Shown in pieces: positions 19,503 through 29,052 of a stretch of 64,000 nucleotides of DNA; position 1 is the stretch's first letter; each line of letters starts with the position of its first letter. The position numbers were made by a program, and so were the translations under genes. The stretch is taken from assembly GCA_002457555.1 (NCBI GenBank), contig NTJQ01000006.1, forward strand, positions 4,468 to 68,467. The letters run 5' to 3'. The stretch comes from Marine Group II euryarchaeote MED-G37 (GTDB lineage: Archaea; Thermoplasmatota; Poseidoniia; Poseidoniales; Thalassarchaeaceae). The notes below the pieces were generated by a model. It was not told where the DNA came from. It ran no database searches and was given only the letters and a program-made list of their open reading frames with translations.

Positions 19503-21089
19503 ATGCAACTCGCAACACATTCCATCGAGCCTGAGGCATCGATAAATTCAGACCAGGATGTTCTGATTGTAGGAGCAGGGCCTGGTGGCCTTGCATGTTC
19601 ATTGTTGCTTGCGAAAGCAGGTTTAAAGGTAAAAATAATCGAAAAATCAGATTGTGTTGGAGGGAGGACCAAAGTAATAGAAAAAGATGGTTATCGATAC
19701 GATAACGGCCCTACATTTTTCCATTACACCGAAATAATTGAAGAGATTTTTCAAGCGATTGGTAAAGATGCACATGAAGAATTGAATCTCATAAAAATTG
19801 ATCCTAATTACAGATTGGTGTTCGGCGAAGGAGGTGCTCTAAATGCTAGTACCGACATGGATTATATGACGAAACAAATTGAGCAATTGTGTGGGAAGAA
19901 AGATGCTGAAGGGTTCAAAAAATATGTTTTGGATAATAGGAAAAAATTGAAATTATCAAAAAATTGTTTAAATTCACCATGGACAAGTTGGACTAATCTA
20001 GCAAACAAAAGAGCTCTGCGGGTGGCTCAAGTTCTAAGACCCTGGAGAAGTGTTGCATCTGATTTATCAAAGTTTTTTGATGACGATAGAATGCAATTGG
20101 CGATGAGTTTTCAAACTAAATACCTAGGAATGTCACCGTTTCAAGCACCTAGTCTTTTCACAATATTGTCTTTCCTAGAATTAGAATACGGTATTTATCA
20201 CGCTAAAGGAGGATTAGGTACAGTAACTGAAAGAATGGGGGCATTAGCAGAAGAATTAGGTGTGGAAATATGCCTCAATGAGCCTGTAGAAGAGTGTCTT
20301 TTTGATGGTAAAAAAATAGTAGGGCTCAAGACAGGAAAGAATACCTATACCGCCAAGAAATATGTAATGAATGTGGATTTTGCTACTGGTATGAAGGGGC
20401 TTATTCCTGATAAATTAAGGAAAAGATGGTCTAACAAGAAATTAGACGAGAAATCTTATTCTTGTTCTACCTTCATGCTCTATCTTGGAGTAGATAAGAA
20501 ATATGATTTAGATCATCATCAAATATATGCATCAAAAGATTATCACACGAACCTAAAAGATGTGACAGAGAATAAAATAACCTGGGATGACCCTTCATTG
20601 TATGTTCAAAATGCATGCTTAACAGACCCATCAATGGCTCCAGAGGGGCATTCGACTATCTATGTCTTAGTTCCCGTTTCTAATGTTCATAAGTCAATAA
20701 ATTGGGATGAAATAAAGCATGATTACAGAGATGTAGTGCTTGAAACCATGAAGAAATTGGGGTATGATGATTTGAAAGAACACATAGTTTCAGAAAACAT
20801 AGTTACCCCAGATGATTGGGGTGAAAGAGATATTTACAAAGGTGCAGTTTTCAATCTAGCACACGGATTAGACCAAATGCTCTGGAGAAGGCCACAGAAT
20901 AGATTTGAAGAATTGGATGATCTATTCCTAGTCGGCGGAGGAACCCATCCCGGAAGCGGATTACCCACCATATTCGAAAGTGGGAGAATTGGTGCCAAAT
21001 TGATTTGTTCTGATTTAGGAATAGAACCGGATTGGAATGGTGTAGATACTTGGTTTCCGGACCTGAAGAGGCCCAAGGCAAACAGATAG
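19503..21089 (+). CDS. crtI: CrtI-family phytoene desaturase
   Basis: GAGPGG FAD motif, DNGPT, GIYHAKGG, GGGTHPGSGLP; start at ATG 19503, 2 nt after the crtB stop. Confidence 0.88.
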   Translation: MQLATHSIEPEASINSDQDVLIVGAGPGGLACSLLLAKAGLKVKIIEKSDCVGGRTKVIEKDGYRYDNGPTFFHYTEIIEEIFQAIGKDAHEELNLIKIDPNYRLVFGEGGALNASTDMDYMTKQIEQLCGKKDAEGFKKYVLDNRKKLKLSKNCLNSPWTSWTNLANKRALRVAQVLRPWRSVASDLSKFFDDDRMQLAMSFQTKYLGMSPFQAPSLFTILSFLELEYGIYHAKGGLGTVTERMGALAEELGVEICLNEPVEECLFDGKKIVGLKTGKNTYTAKKYVMNVDFATGMKGLIPDKLRKRWSNKKLDEKSYSCSTFMLYLGVDKKYDLDHHQIYASKDYHTNLKDVTENKITWDDPSLYVQNACLTDPSMAPEGHSTIYVLVPVSNVHKSINWDEIKHDYRDVVLETMKKLGYDDLKEHIVSENIVTPDDWGERDIYKGAVFNLAHGLDQMLWRRPQNRFEELDDLFLVGGGTHPGSGLPTIFESGRIGAKLICSDLGIEPDWNGVDTWFPDLKRPKANR

Positions 21090-21108
21090 AAACTATGGAA
21101 GTGGAAAA

Positions 21109-21858
21109 TTGTCGGTTGTATGGGTATTAGGAGCCGCGGGAGGAGTTGGTAGTGTTGTTTGTCAGAATCTTTCCAAGCAAGGCTGGAAAGTTGTAGGCAG
21201 TGGAAGAACTGAGGAGAGTCTCCAGGCTCTTACTTCCCAGATAGACAACCTCGATATCTTACCCGTCGACGCAAGAGATGATGATGCAATGAAGCAGGCT
21301 GTGGCGGATATCATACAAACACATGGTCGTCTTGATGCAGTAGTTGTCGCTGTAGGGTCAATCCTACTCAGACCATTGCACGCTACCTCCGCTGAACAAG
21401 TCCGGGATACCATTGAGCAAAACCTCACTACTGCATTCAATGCAGTTAGATCGGCGGCGGTTCCAATGATGCGTGGTGACGGAGGAAGAATTGTTCTGTT
21501 TTCTTCCGTTGCGGCCACACATGGTATGACTAATCATGCCGCTATTGCCGCAGCAAAAGGAGCTGTTGAAGGGTTGACTCGGGCCTCGGCTGCAGACTAT
21601 GCAAAACGAGGGATTCGAGTAAACGCGATTGCGCCTGCAATGACTGATACGCCAATGTCTGAAAATCTACTGAAAAGTGAGGCTAGTCGAAAAATCAGTG
21701 ACTCGATGCATCCGGTAGGAAGGATTGGAGAAGCAAAGGAGATCGCAGATGTCGCATCTTGGCTTGTTGATGGTGCACCTGAATGGATGACGGGTCAAAT
21801 CATCGGGGTCAATGGTGGGTTGGGCACAATAAAACCTCAGGAGTCTATCAAGGCTTAA
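21109..21858 (+). CDS. Short-chain dehydrogenase/reductase
   Basis: GAAGGVG, SS, and IAAAK at the YxxxK position (Tyr not conserved), RVNAIAP. Confidence 0.85.
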   Translation: MSVVWVLGAAGGVGSVVCQNLSKQGWKVVGSGRTEESLQALTSQIDNLDILPVDARDDDAMKQAVADIIQTHGRLDAVVVAVGSILLRPLHATSAEQVRDTIEQNLTTAFNAVRSAAVPMMRGDGGRIVLFSSVAATHGMTNHAAIAAAKGAVEGLTRASAADYAKRGIRVNAIAPAMTDTPMSENLLKSEASRKISDSMHPVGRIGEAKEIADVASWLVDGAPEWMTGQIIGVNGGLGTIKPQESIKA

Positions 21859-21872
21859 TTTGGAGGACTGGT

Positions 21873-22472
21873 ATGAATAAAGTAGCTGGATTATTACTAA
21901 CGTTAATTCTACTATCTTCTTCAGCAGGATGTTTGGCTGATGAAATACAAGAAGAATTGGAAGTGGAGGAGGCTGAAGATAACAGATTCACCTTCGCACT
22001 CCCTACTTTAGGAAGAGATGTAGATGGCGTATCTATGCTAGATCTGACTACTGAATTAGAGCAACAACCGGTTCTGTTATTTTGGGTAAGTTCACAATGT
22101 CAAGGTTGTCATGAATGGACGGAAGGTATCAGAGATAACAATCTCAACTACAGCGTGATGCAACCAATCACAATTCATAGATATGGTAACTTCGAATCGG
22201 AAGACAAGATTATGCAAGTCTACGGGAATAATTCAAGCGACCATTATTCACCATGGCCAGTGGTTACTGGCGCCCATTCACGCCTAGCACTAGATTTCGA
22301 CACAAGAGAACCTTCGGAACTTTCTGTTGTCGAAGCTTTTGGCAATCTTCCGACTCCCTCTGTGATTCTACTAGACAAGAATGGTAATATCGTTTGGGAA
22401 GCGACCTCATATTGGTATTCTGCAGACCAATTGGAAGAGGCAGGAGAAATCGCAGCTGAATTAGGAGACTGA
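21873..22472 (+). CDS. Redoxin/TlpA-like lipoprotein
   Basis: Signal with SAGC lipobox, FWVSSQCQGC, PTPSVILLDKNGNIVW; GGAGG SD before ATG 21873. Confidence 0.7.
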   Translation: MNKVAGLLLTLILLSSSAGCLADEIQEELEVEEAEDNRFTFALPTLGRDVDGVSMLDLTTELEQQPVLLFWVSSQCQGCHEWTEGIRDNNLNYSVMQPITIHRYGNFESEDKIMQVYGNNSSDHYSPWPVVTGAHSRLALDFDTREPSELSVVEAFGNLPTPSVILLDKNGNIVWEATSYWYSADQLEEAGEIAAELGD

Positions 22473-22477
22473 ATATA

Positions 22478-22903
22478 ATGGAACCACTGAATATAGCACT
22501 GTTTATGTTTTCAACAATATGGGTAGGCCCATTTTGGATGTTAATGCTGATCGAACCGTTTTCTGAAAGAACTGAAACTTGGGTAAAGGGAAATTTGCTA
22601 TTCGTTGGACCGTTGGGGGTTTGGTTGCTTGCAACTGTATTGAACCCGAATGGGCTGCTAGATTTGTTCACCGGAAATCCTACAGAATTTTTCGATACGA
22701 TGGTCTCTCTCCTTGGGACTGAGACAGGCACTGTGCTCGCATGGGCTCACTTCGTAGCAGGCGATATCATGGCCACAAGGTGGATGTGGAGACAGGGGAT
22801 AAAAAATCAAATTGGAATCAACAAAATTCGTTTAATAGTCTTCTTTGGTGTTATGTTGATGCCAGTAGGACTTCTTCTTCATGTCATCCTAAACAGAGAA
22901 TAA
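22478..22903 (+). CDS. ABA4-like (DUF4281) membrane protein
   Basis: PFWMLM..P near the N-terminus and WAHFVAGDIMATRWM, matching the W-H---D--GRW family pattern; about 4 TM helices. Confidence 0.75.
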   Translation: MEPLNIALFMFSTIWVGPFWMLMLIEPFSERTETWVKGNLLFVGPLGVWLLATVLNPNGLLDLFTGNPTEFFDTMVSLLGTETGTVLAWAHFVAGDIMATRWMWRQGIKNQIGINKIRLIVFFGVMLMPVGLLLHVILNRE

Positions 22904-22953
22904 TCTCTCACGTTACAGAATTTAGGCAGTTTCTTACCTATCCGCGCCCCGCT

Positions 22954-25104
22954 ATGGGTGTGAATCGGATTGTTGCAGTCGCTTTCTTAGTGAGTTTTCT
23001 GCTACTAGCAATGCTTCCTGTTGGCAACAGCGGGGATCTCAGGGATAATCCAATAATACCCTACAGAACAAACTCCAACGACGGTTACAGTGCGATCGAA
23101 TATACCGATCAACACACTACTGTAAGCATCGGACCGTCGGATCGGCAGACAACGCTTAGAATGCCAGGAAATCACGATTATAGCAGGCCATTGCCGTTGG
23201 TAATTTCGTTGCATGGCTACAGTAACAATGGAGCATTCAATGCTGCCTATATGCACCATATTGATAGTATCCATGAGAATGAGCATTTGTTGGTTTACCC
23301 TGATGGAACAATGAATTGGTTGGGAATGAGATATTGGAATGCTACCGATGCTTGTTGCAATCTTTTCGATTACGATGTTGATGATGTTGACTACCTCCTC
23401 AGTTTGATTGATGAAGCGGTACAAAACTACGGGGCTGACCCAGATGGTGTGATTGTAACAGGGCTTTCCAATGGCGGATTCATGAGTCATCGAATGGCTT
23501 GTGATGCGGGTAGCTCTATACGTTCAATTGTTGCCTTAAACGGAGTTACATGGAACGATTTTTCCGATTGTAGAGATACTGGAAGGCCGGATATATTGCA
23601 TGTGCATTCAACCGACGATGGAGTAATTCAATACGATGGAGGAACGGTGGCGTTTGGAGGAGAACACCCCTCTGCTACTGAGACTGTTGGCTATTGGTCC
23701 AATAGATCTGGGTGCGATTCAACTTGGACTTATCTAGGAAGCAGAGACCTTTCGGGAGACGACGCAATTGATGAAACGGATGAATTTGAATTTCTCAATT
23801 GTAATTCTGGAAATCGTGTTGCTCATTGGAGAATAAATGGGGGGGGCCATGTTCCTCCACTAAATGATCCGGGCTGGGCGGATCAGACGATTGATTGGGC
23901 GCTTTCTGGGTTTGTCCGAGACTCTGATGGTGATGGATATAGAGACGATGTTGATGGTTTCATTTACAATCCAAATGAATGGTCGGATGCTGATGGCGAC
24001 TTGGTAGGAGATAACACTGACCAATGTGATCAAGACTCGAACGGATGGGATGATTCTGATGGAGATGGGGTCTGCTTACCTACCGATTTGTTTCCGGACG
24101 ACCCTGACGAATGGTCGGATGCTGACGGTGATGGAATAGGAGATAGAGGCGACCCTGATGATGATAACGATGGGGTCGATGATGAGAAAGATGCTTTCCC
24201 CAACGATTCGAGTGAATGGCACGATACCGACAAAGACGGTATTGGAAATAACGCCGACGTGGACGATGATGGAGATGGTTGGCAGGATTCAGAAGATGCA
24301 TTTCCTTTGGATACAAATGAATGGGCCGACTTTGATGGTGATGGAGTCGGCGATAACGAGGATCAAGATGATGACGATGATGGATGGGCTGACGATGATG
24401 AGATGGCTTGTCAGACCGACTCTTACGACTCTTCTCAGACTCCACTTGACTCGGACTCCGACGGAATTTGCGACCTAGTCGACTCTGACGATGATGAAGA
24501 TGGAGTTGAGGATTTTCAGGATATATTTCCTCTAAATCCAGAAGAATGGTCCGATGCTGATGAAGACGGAGTGGGTGACAACTCAGATGAGTTCCCTACT
24601 GACGATTCGGAGTGGGTCGACTCGGACGAGGATGGATATGGAGACAATTCTGATGCGTTTCCTAGCGACCCAACAGAATGGAATGATAGTGATGGAGATG
24701 GGGTGGGCGACAATACTGACGAATTCCCAGAAGATGGTAGTGAATGGACAGATTTTGATTCCGACGGTGTGGGAGATAATTCGGATGACTTGCCCTACGA
24801 TGCAAACGAAACAAAAGATACTGATCGTGATGGTATTGGAGATAATACCGACATGTTTCCTACCGACCCCAGTGAATGGATAGATTCCGATGGAGATAGT
24901 GTTGGAGATAATTTCGATACTTTTCCAGAAGATTTCACTGAATGGATAGATTCTGATGGGGACGGCTATGGTGATAATCGGGATTGGGCTCCATTCGATG
25001 CAGAAGTTTGGGATAAACCTACAGATTACAAATTCGTTATTCTCGGAGCGGTTGCAGTGATTTTGATTGTGGTTCTATCCAATACAACTAGGCGACAAAC
25101 TTGA
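22954..25104 (+). CDS. Secreted PHB-depolymerase/LpqC-family esterase with TSP3 repeat stalk and C-terminal TM anchor
   Basis: Signal peptide, LHGY, GLSNGG nucleophile motif, HSTDD, GGGH; many DxDGDGxGD repeats; terminal TM helix. Confidence 0.85.
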   Translation: MGVNRIVAVAFLVSFLLLAMLPVGNSGDLRDNPIIPYRTNSNDGYSAIEYTDQHTTVSIGPSDRQTTLRMPGNHDYSRPLPLVISLHGYSNNGAFNAAYMHHIDSIHENEHLLVYPDGTMNWLGMRYWNATDACCNLFDYDVDDVDYLLSLIDEAVQNYGADPDGVIVTGLSNGGFMSHRMACDAGSSIRSIVALNGVTWNDFSDCRDTGRPDILHVHSTDDGVIQYDGGTVAFGGEHPSATETVGYWSNRSGCDSTWTYLGSRDLSGDDAIDETDEFEFLNCNSGNRVAHWRINGGGHVPPLNDPGWADQTIDWALSGFVRDSDGDGYRDDVDGFIYNPNEWSDADGDLVGDNTDQCDQDSNGWDDSDGDGVCLPTDLFPDDPDEWSDADGDGIGDRGDPDDDNDGVDDEKDAFPNDSSEWHDTDKDGIGNNADVDDDGDGWQDSEDAFPLDTNEWADFDGDGVGDNEDQDDDDDGWADDDEMACQTDSYDSSQTPLDSDSDGICDLVDSDDDEDGVEDFQDIFPLNPEEWSDADEDGVGDNSDEFPTDDSEWVDSDEDGYGDNSDAFPSDPTEWNDSDGDGVGDNTDEFPEDGSEWTDFDSDGVGDNSDDLPYDANETKDTDRDGIGDNTDMFPTDPSEWIDSDGDSVGDNFDTFPEDFTEWIDSDGDGYGDNRDWAPFDAEVWDKPTDYKFVILGAVAVILIVVLSNTTRRQT
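23920..25000 (+). repeat. Thrombospondin type-3-like Ca-binding repeat array (within the esterase CDS)
   Basis: More than 15 degenerate units of the form D(S/A)DGDGxGDNxDxFPxDxxEW. Confidence 0.9.
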
Positions 25105-25173
25105 GTGCGTCTATAAGCGGAATTCCGCATCCGGATTCCGAACTATTATGAAGAAAAGGTAGGACCGCGGGTC

Positions 25174-25971
25174 ATGCCTGGGGCGTATGACCGAAGTAGA
25201 AATGCTGCAGTCGTTCGCCAGATTTCCACTAATTTTGAGGCTGCTGTGTCTAGCTTCTTTGGAACTAGAACGCCTAACCGAGAAGTGGCGCAGGGTGCAC
25301 ACGACGCATATGTTGCGGCTCTTCGTGCTCATGGCACTGATGTGACTGTTCTACCAGGATTGGATGAACATCCAGATTGCTGCTTTGTCGAAGATACTGC
25401 TGTGATGGTAGATGGAAAAGCGATTATTCCGAACATGGGACATCACTCTAGAGAAGGGGAGCAAGTTGCTGTCGCTGAACATCTTTCTTCTAGTGCTGAA
25501 ATTATCAACATGCCAGAGGGTGCTAAACTCGATGGTGGCGATGTTGTATTCTTCGATGATCGCTACTTGATAGGGGTTTCAACTAGAACAAATCAGGAGG
25601 GCGCAGACTTTCTTGCGAGTCATGTTCGAGAAGACGGTTTTGATTGTGAATTCATCGATATTCCAAGTTCAACTCTGCACCTTACAACCGTATGCTCATC
25701 GCCTCGTCCTGATCTGATTATTGCCGCTGAAGGGCATCTTACTGCTTCTCAATTGGAGCCACTAGCAGAGAGCGTGATTTGGGTGCCGAATAGAGAGAGT
25801 TACGCCGCGAACACAATCGGTTACAAAGGCGATAGGGCCATCATTGCTGATGGTTTTCCTGTAGTTCGACAAACCATGCTCGATGAGGGTTTCAAGATTA
25901 CAAGCGTGGATATGAAGGAAATCATGCAGGCTGACGGTTCGTTGACTTGTCTCTCGATTTTCAACGCCTGA
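25174..25971 (+). CDS. Dimethylarginine dimethylaminohydrolase/amidinotransferase family
   Basis: FVEDTAV, LDGGDV, LHL and GSLTCLS (Asp/Glu-His-Cys triad). Confidence 0.85.
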   Translation: MPGAYDRSRNAAVVRQISTNFEAAVSSFFGTRTPNREVAQGAHDAYVAALRAHGTDVTVLPGLDEHPDCCFVEDTAVMVDGKAIIPNMGHHSREGEQVAVAEHLSSSAEIINMPEGAKLDGGDVVFFDDRYLIGVSTRTNQEGADFLASHVREDGFDCEFIDIPSSTLHLTTVCSSPRPDLIIAAEGHLTASQLEPLAESVIWVPNRESYAANTIGYKGDRAIIADGFPVVRQTMLDEGFKITSVDMKEIMQADGSLTCLSIFNA

Positions 25972-26026
25972 ATTGGCCTAAACCAAAAGGCGGCGAGTTC
26001 AACAACGGACCTATGGTCCGTTGGGT

Positions 26027-27748
26027 ATGCGCTCACGCGAGTTAGCGGCATTCTCGATGGTGCTAATCTTGTTGCTAACTCCAATTAGCGGCTGCTTTGG
26101 GAGCGAGGATTCGAGTGTCGATGCAGGCGACTTGCAAATCAGTTCAGATTCAATGTCTGCGGGTTTTTTCCAAACCCTAGAGTTGACCACATCTAACAAG
26201 ATGTCAGTGTTTGTTCCATTTTTGATTAAGGATCCGGTATCTGGGTTTGTCCAGAACTCTACAGTTATCGATATAGATAATGGCGATACTGTTTCTCTAG
26301 AGGTATTGTTTCCTCCCCGTTCTGAAGGAATCTATCTTCTGCTGGGCGAATATGGTCGAGGGCATTGGCCGGTTAGAGAAGAAGTTGAATCATGGACTTC
26401 TTGGTATGCAAGAGGAGGGCATCTGGGAGAAGATAATCTTGGTGCCATTAGGGTGCCGGCAAATAATACGACTTACGATACTCTAGAAGTGTATCCTGCC
26501 GTAATGCCGGGTTCTGTTGAGGTTAAATTCGTCCCATCGATTAGGGAATCTACTGTGTCATGGGATGAAGGAGGCGGTCATTCAAGCGGAATGCTCCATG
26601 GTAGAATAGTATACGAACGGCTATACGAGTTATCCGACCCTACTGATACCTTGGATCCGGTGGACGGAAAAGCGGGCTACTACGATAGGTGGGCAGGGCA
26701 AGGGAACCCTGCGTACGAAGATGCTGCCCTGTATATCATCGGAGAATTGGAAAGCTTTGGCCTAGAAGTCATAGCCCACAGATACGAGTATACAGACATA
26801 ATGAATGTACAGAATCCTGAAGCATACAATATCTGTGCATACAAATGGGGGTCTGTTGTTCAAGATGAGTGGATGGTGTTCGGCGCTCACTTTGATGTCG
26901 CCCCTCCAGCTAATGCTGTGCTTCTCGATCCTCACCTTGTAGGATTCAGAACGTACGGTACTAGAGCTGGTGCATACGACAATTCCGCGGGGACTGCTAT
27001 GGTTATGGAAACCGCTAGAGCTCTTGCAGATTTTGAAACTAGGAGAACCATGGTGTTCTGCCTATGGTCTGGTGAAGAAGGTGGGAAGAGGGGGTCGGAT
27101 TACTGGACGGAGTACCACGTAAAGGAAGACAACCCCGAAGTGACTGTGATGAATTACATCAATCTCGACATGGCTGGAGTTAATTGGCCTGGTGGAGGTG
27201 GTGCACCTCATGGCGACCCAGATCCTCAAATCGACGAAGATGGATATCCAAAAGACAGTGAAGTTTGGCCTTTGAGAGTATACATTGGCCCGGGTCCAAA
27301 TCATGATCAGCTCGATCAGCCAGAGATGGTTGGTCTCTCAAATTGGATAGGTTCTGACGCACTGGGTTTGGAAGAACAAATGGGGACGTTAGTTGGTACA
27401 AACTATAGTGCAGACACTTGGAAAACTTCTGTTTGGCTAGATATGGACCGGCCGGAAGTAATCGTCTATGAAGACACTACAGCTAGGAGCGATCATGCCA
27501 GTTTCCAAGACAATTTAGGTACAGTGACCATTGGTTTTGGAGGATTAGTAGATGGTTATTGGTGCTATCATCAGGTCTGTGATACGCTAGAAGAAATGGA
27601 AGATTGGATGGATACAACAGGCAAGGATTACGGAGAAGAAAATACCGGTCTTGCCAATGTTGTAAACAGCCTGGATATGATTACTTGGTGGGCAATGTTG
27701 ACATTTTTCCATTGTGATGAACAGCCTATTTTCAACGCCCTTCTCTGA
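26027..27748 (+). CDS. M28-family metallopeptidase lipoprotein
   Basis: ISGC lipobox, AHFD, GAYDNSAG, GEEGG, NLDM, RSDHASF, YH motifs. Confidence 0.88.
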   Translation: MRSRELAAFSMVLILLLTPISGCFGSEDSSVDAGDLQISSDSMSAGFFQTLELTTSNKMSVFVPFLIKDPVSGFVQNSTVIDIDNGDTVSLEVLFPPRSEGIYLLLGEYGRGHWPVREEVESWTSWYARGGHLGEDNLGAIRVPANNTTYDTLEVYPAVMPGSVEVKFVPSIRESTVSWDEGGGHSSGMLHGRIVYERLYELSDPTDTLDPVDGKAGYYDRWAGQGNPAYEDAALYIIGELESFGLEVIAHRYEYTDIMNVQNPEAYNICAYKWGSVVQDEWMVFGAHFDVAPPANAVLLDPHLVGFRTYGTRAGAYDNSAGTAMVMETARALADFETRRTMVFCLWSGEEGGKRGSDYWTEYHVKEDNPEVTVMNYINLDMAGVNWPGGGGAPHGDPDPQIDEDGYPKDSEVWPLRVYIGPGPNHDQLDQPEMVGLSNWIGSDALGLEEQMGTLVGTNYSADTWKTSVWLDMDRPEVIVYEDTTARSDHASFQDNLGTVTIGFGGLVDGYWCYHQVCDTLEEMEDWMDTTGKDYGEENTGLANVVNSLDMITWWAMLTFFHCDEQPIFNALL

Positions 27749-27797
27749 GATATATATCCGGGAAAAGGTATATTTTCCAACGCGGATATGGACTCTC

Positions 27798-28526
27798 ATG
27801 AAGCCAGACCCTGTTCCGGGCTATAGCATTCATGAGTCAAATACTGGAGATTACTATTACGTAAACAAGCGAACAGGTGAGAGCCAATGGGAGCGCCCGC
27901 CTCCGGATCACACTCAATCCCCTCACCCTCCTATGCCAACACCTGTTGGTCAAACGCTGCCTTCTATTTCCGGTAGTATGCCAACATTGTTCAATAATCA
28001 AATAGAAGAAGAACGTGTTCCCAATCTTATGGTTGCTAAGGGTGCAATTGCACTGATCATAGTTAGCATATTTCTGCCATATGTTTCTCTTGGAGGATTA
28101 GTTGAGGTTACCGGGCTGGATATTATTGTTGATACGATTGAATTCTTAGATGCAATTTCAGAAGTTGATGCAGAGGAATTTGAAGATAGCGGCAGTGGTA
28201 GCGCAGATTCGGGTGAGGGTGTTGATGTGCCATTCCGTTACTTTATGCTTGTAATTGGCGGAATTATGATTTTGTTTTCACCTTGGTTCTTCGTATTGTC
28301 TGCCATAATTAGTTCCGTAGTCGTTTTCTCGGGTCAAAAGACTCCTAAAATAATGGGTTGGATACATCTAGGATTTTTCATTACCATGTTTCTGATGTTA
28401 GCCATAGGTGAAACTGTGTTGGATGAATGGGCCGGTGATCTAGGATTTTCTATAATCGATTTACTGGGAATAGGGATTTGGCTTGGAGGGCTTTCCAGCA
28501 TTGGATTGATTTACGAAAATTCTTGA
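27798..28526 (+). CDS. WW-domain-containing membrane protein
   Basis: N-terminal PGYSIHESNTGDYYYVNKRTGESQWERP, Pro-rich linker, then about 4 TM helices; start ATG 27798. Confidence 0.75.
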   Translation: MKPDPVPGYSIHESNTGDYYYVNKRTGESQWERPPPDHTQSPHPPMPTPVGQTLPSISGSMPTLFNNQIEEERVPNLMVAKGAIALIIVSIFLPYVSLGGLVEVTGLDIIVDTIEFLDAISEVDAEEFEDSGSGSADSGEGVDVPFRYFMLVIGGIMILFSPWFFVLSAIISSVVVFSGQKTPKIMGWIHLGFFITMFLMLAIGETVLDEWAGDLGFSIIDLLGIGIWLGGLSSIGLIYENS

Positions 28527-29044
28527 TTATTGATTGGAATGTGGATCTCATTCCTGCGAAGGAATGGCAGAGTAGACATCGGATTGTCATATACTGCTAG
28601 TTTAGCATTACCAGAAGTTGTAAGTCCCTCCGCTTCGATAAGTTTGCGTAGCTTCTTCTGTAGCCTCAGTGACTTGCTTGGGCGAGAGAGTCCTGAGAAT
28701 TTCAGAACTGCAACCACCTCTCCTTCCACATGGAGCAATTCAACCCCTGAGTCGGTTGGCTTGGGGAGATCTTTCATCTTGTGTTCTGACGGCATTGTGA
28801 AGGCCATGAGAGATTCTTCACCAGATTCCCACATGTGAACAGGGGCAGTCATTGCGATGCTTTGTTGACGTTCGTTTCCTCCAAAGATATAGCTCGCAAT
28901 TCTTCTGAAAGGCCGGGACGATTCTCCATAGTTCATCCCACCGGTAGATACTCTGGCCTGAATAGTATCGACATATTTTCTGACTTCAAAACCGCGACAC
29001 TTCTGCAGTAATTCGTAGGCGGGCTCCTCATAATTCTCCGCCAT
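28511..29044 (-). CDS. SOUL heme-binding protein
   Basis: EPAYE, FEVRKY, FRRIASYIFGGN, IAMTAPV, RRNEI motifs. Confidence 0.9.
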   Translation of the reverse strand: MAENYEEPAYELLQKCRGFEVRKYVDTIQARVSTGGMNYGESSRPFRRIASYIFGGNERQQSIAMTAPVHMWESGEESLMAFTMPSEHKMKDLPKPTDSGVELLHVEGEVVAVLKFSGLSRPSKSLRLQKKLRKLIEAEGLTTSGNAKLAVYDNPMSTLPFLRRNEIHIPINNQEFS

Positions 29045-29052
29045 CTTTACAC

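Noticed and set aside
21873-22472. CQGCH matches the CxxCH heme-c motif
   Set aside because: It sits in a thioredoxin-fold FWxSxxCxxC context with a typical redoxin C-terminus, so it is better read as a redox CxxC.
23920-25000. Periodic repeats resembling a CRISPR array
   Set aside because: The repeats are degenerate, in frame and encode TSP3 motifs. There are no identical repeats with unique spacers and no cas genes.
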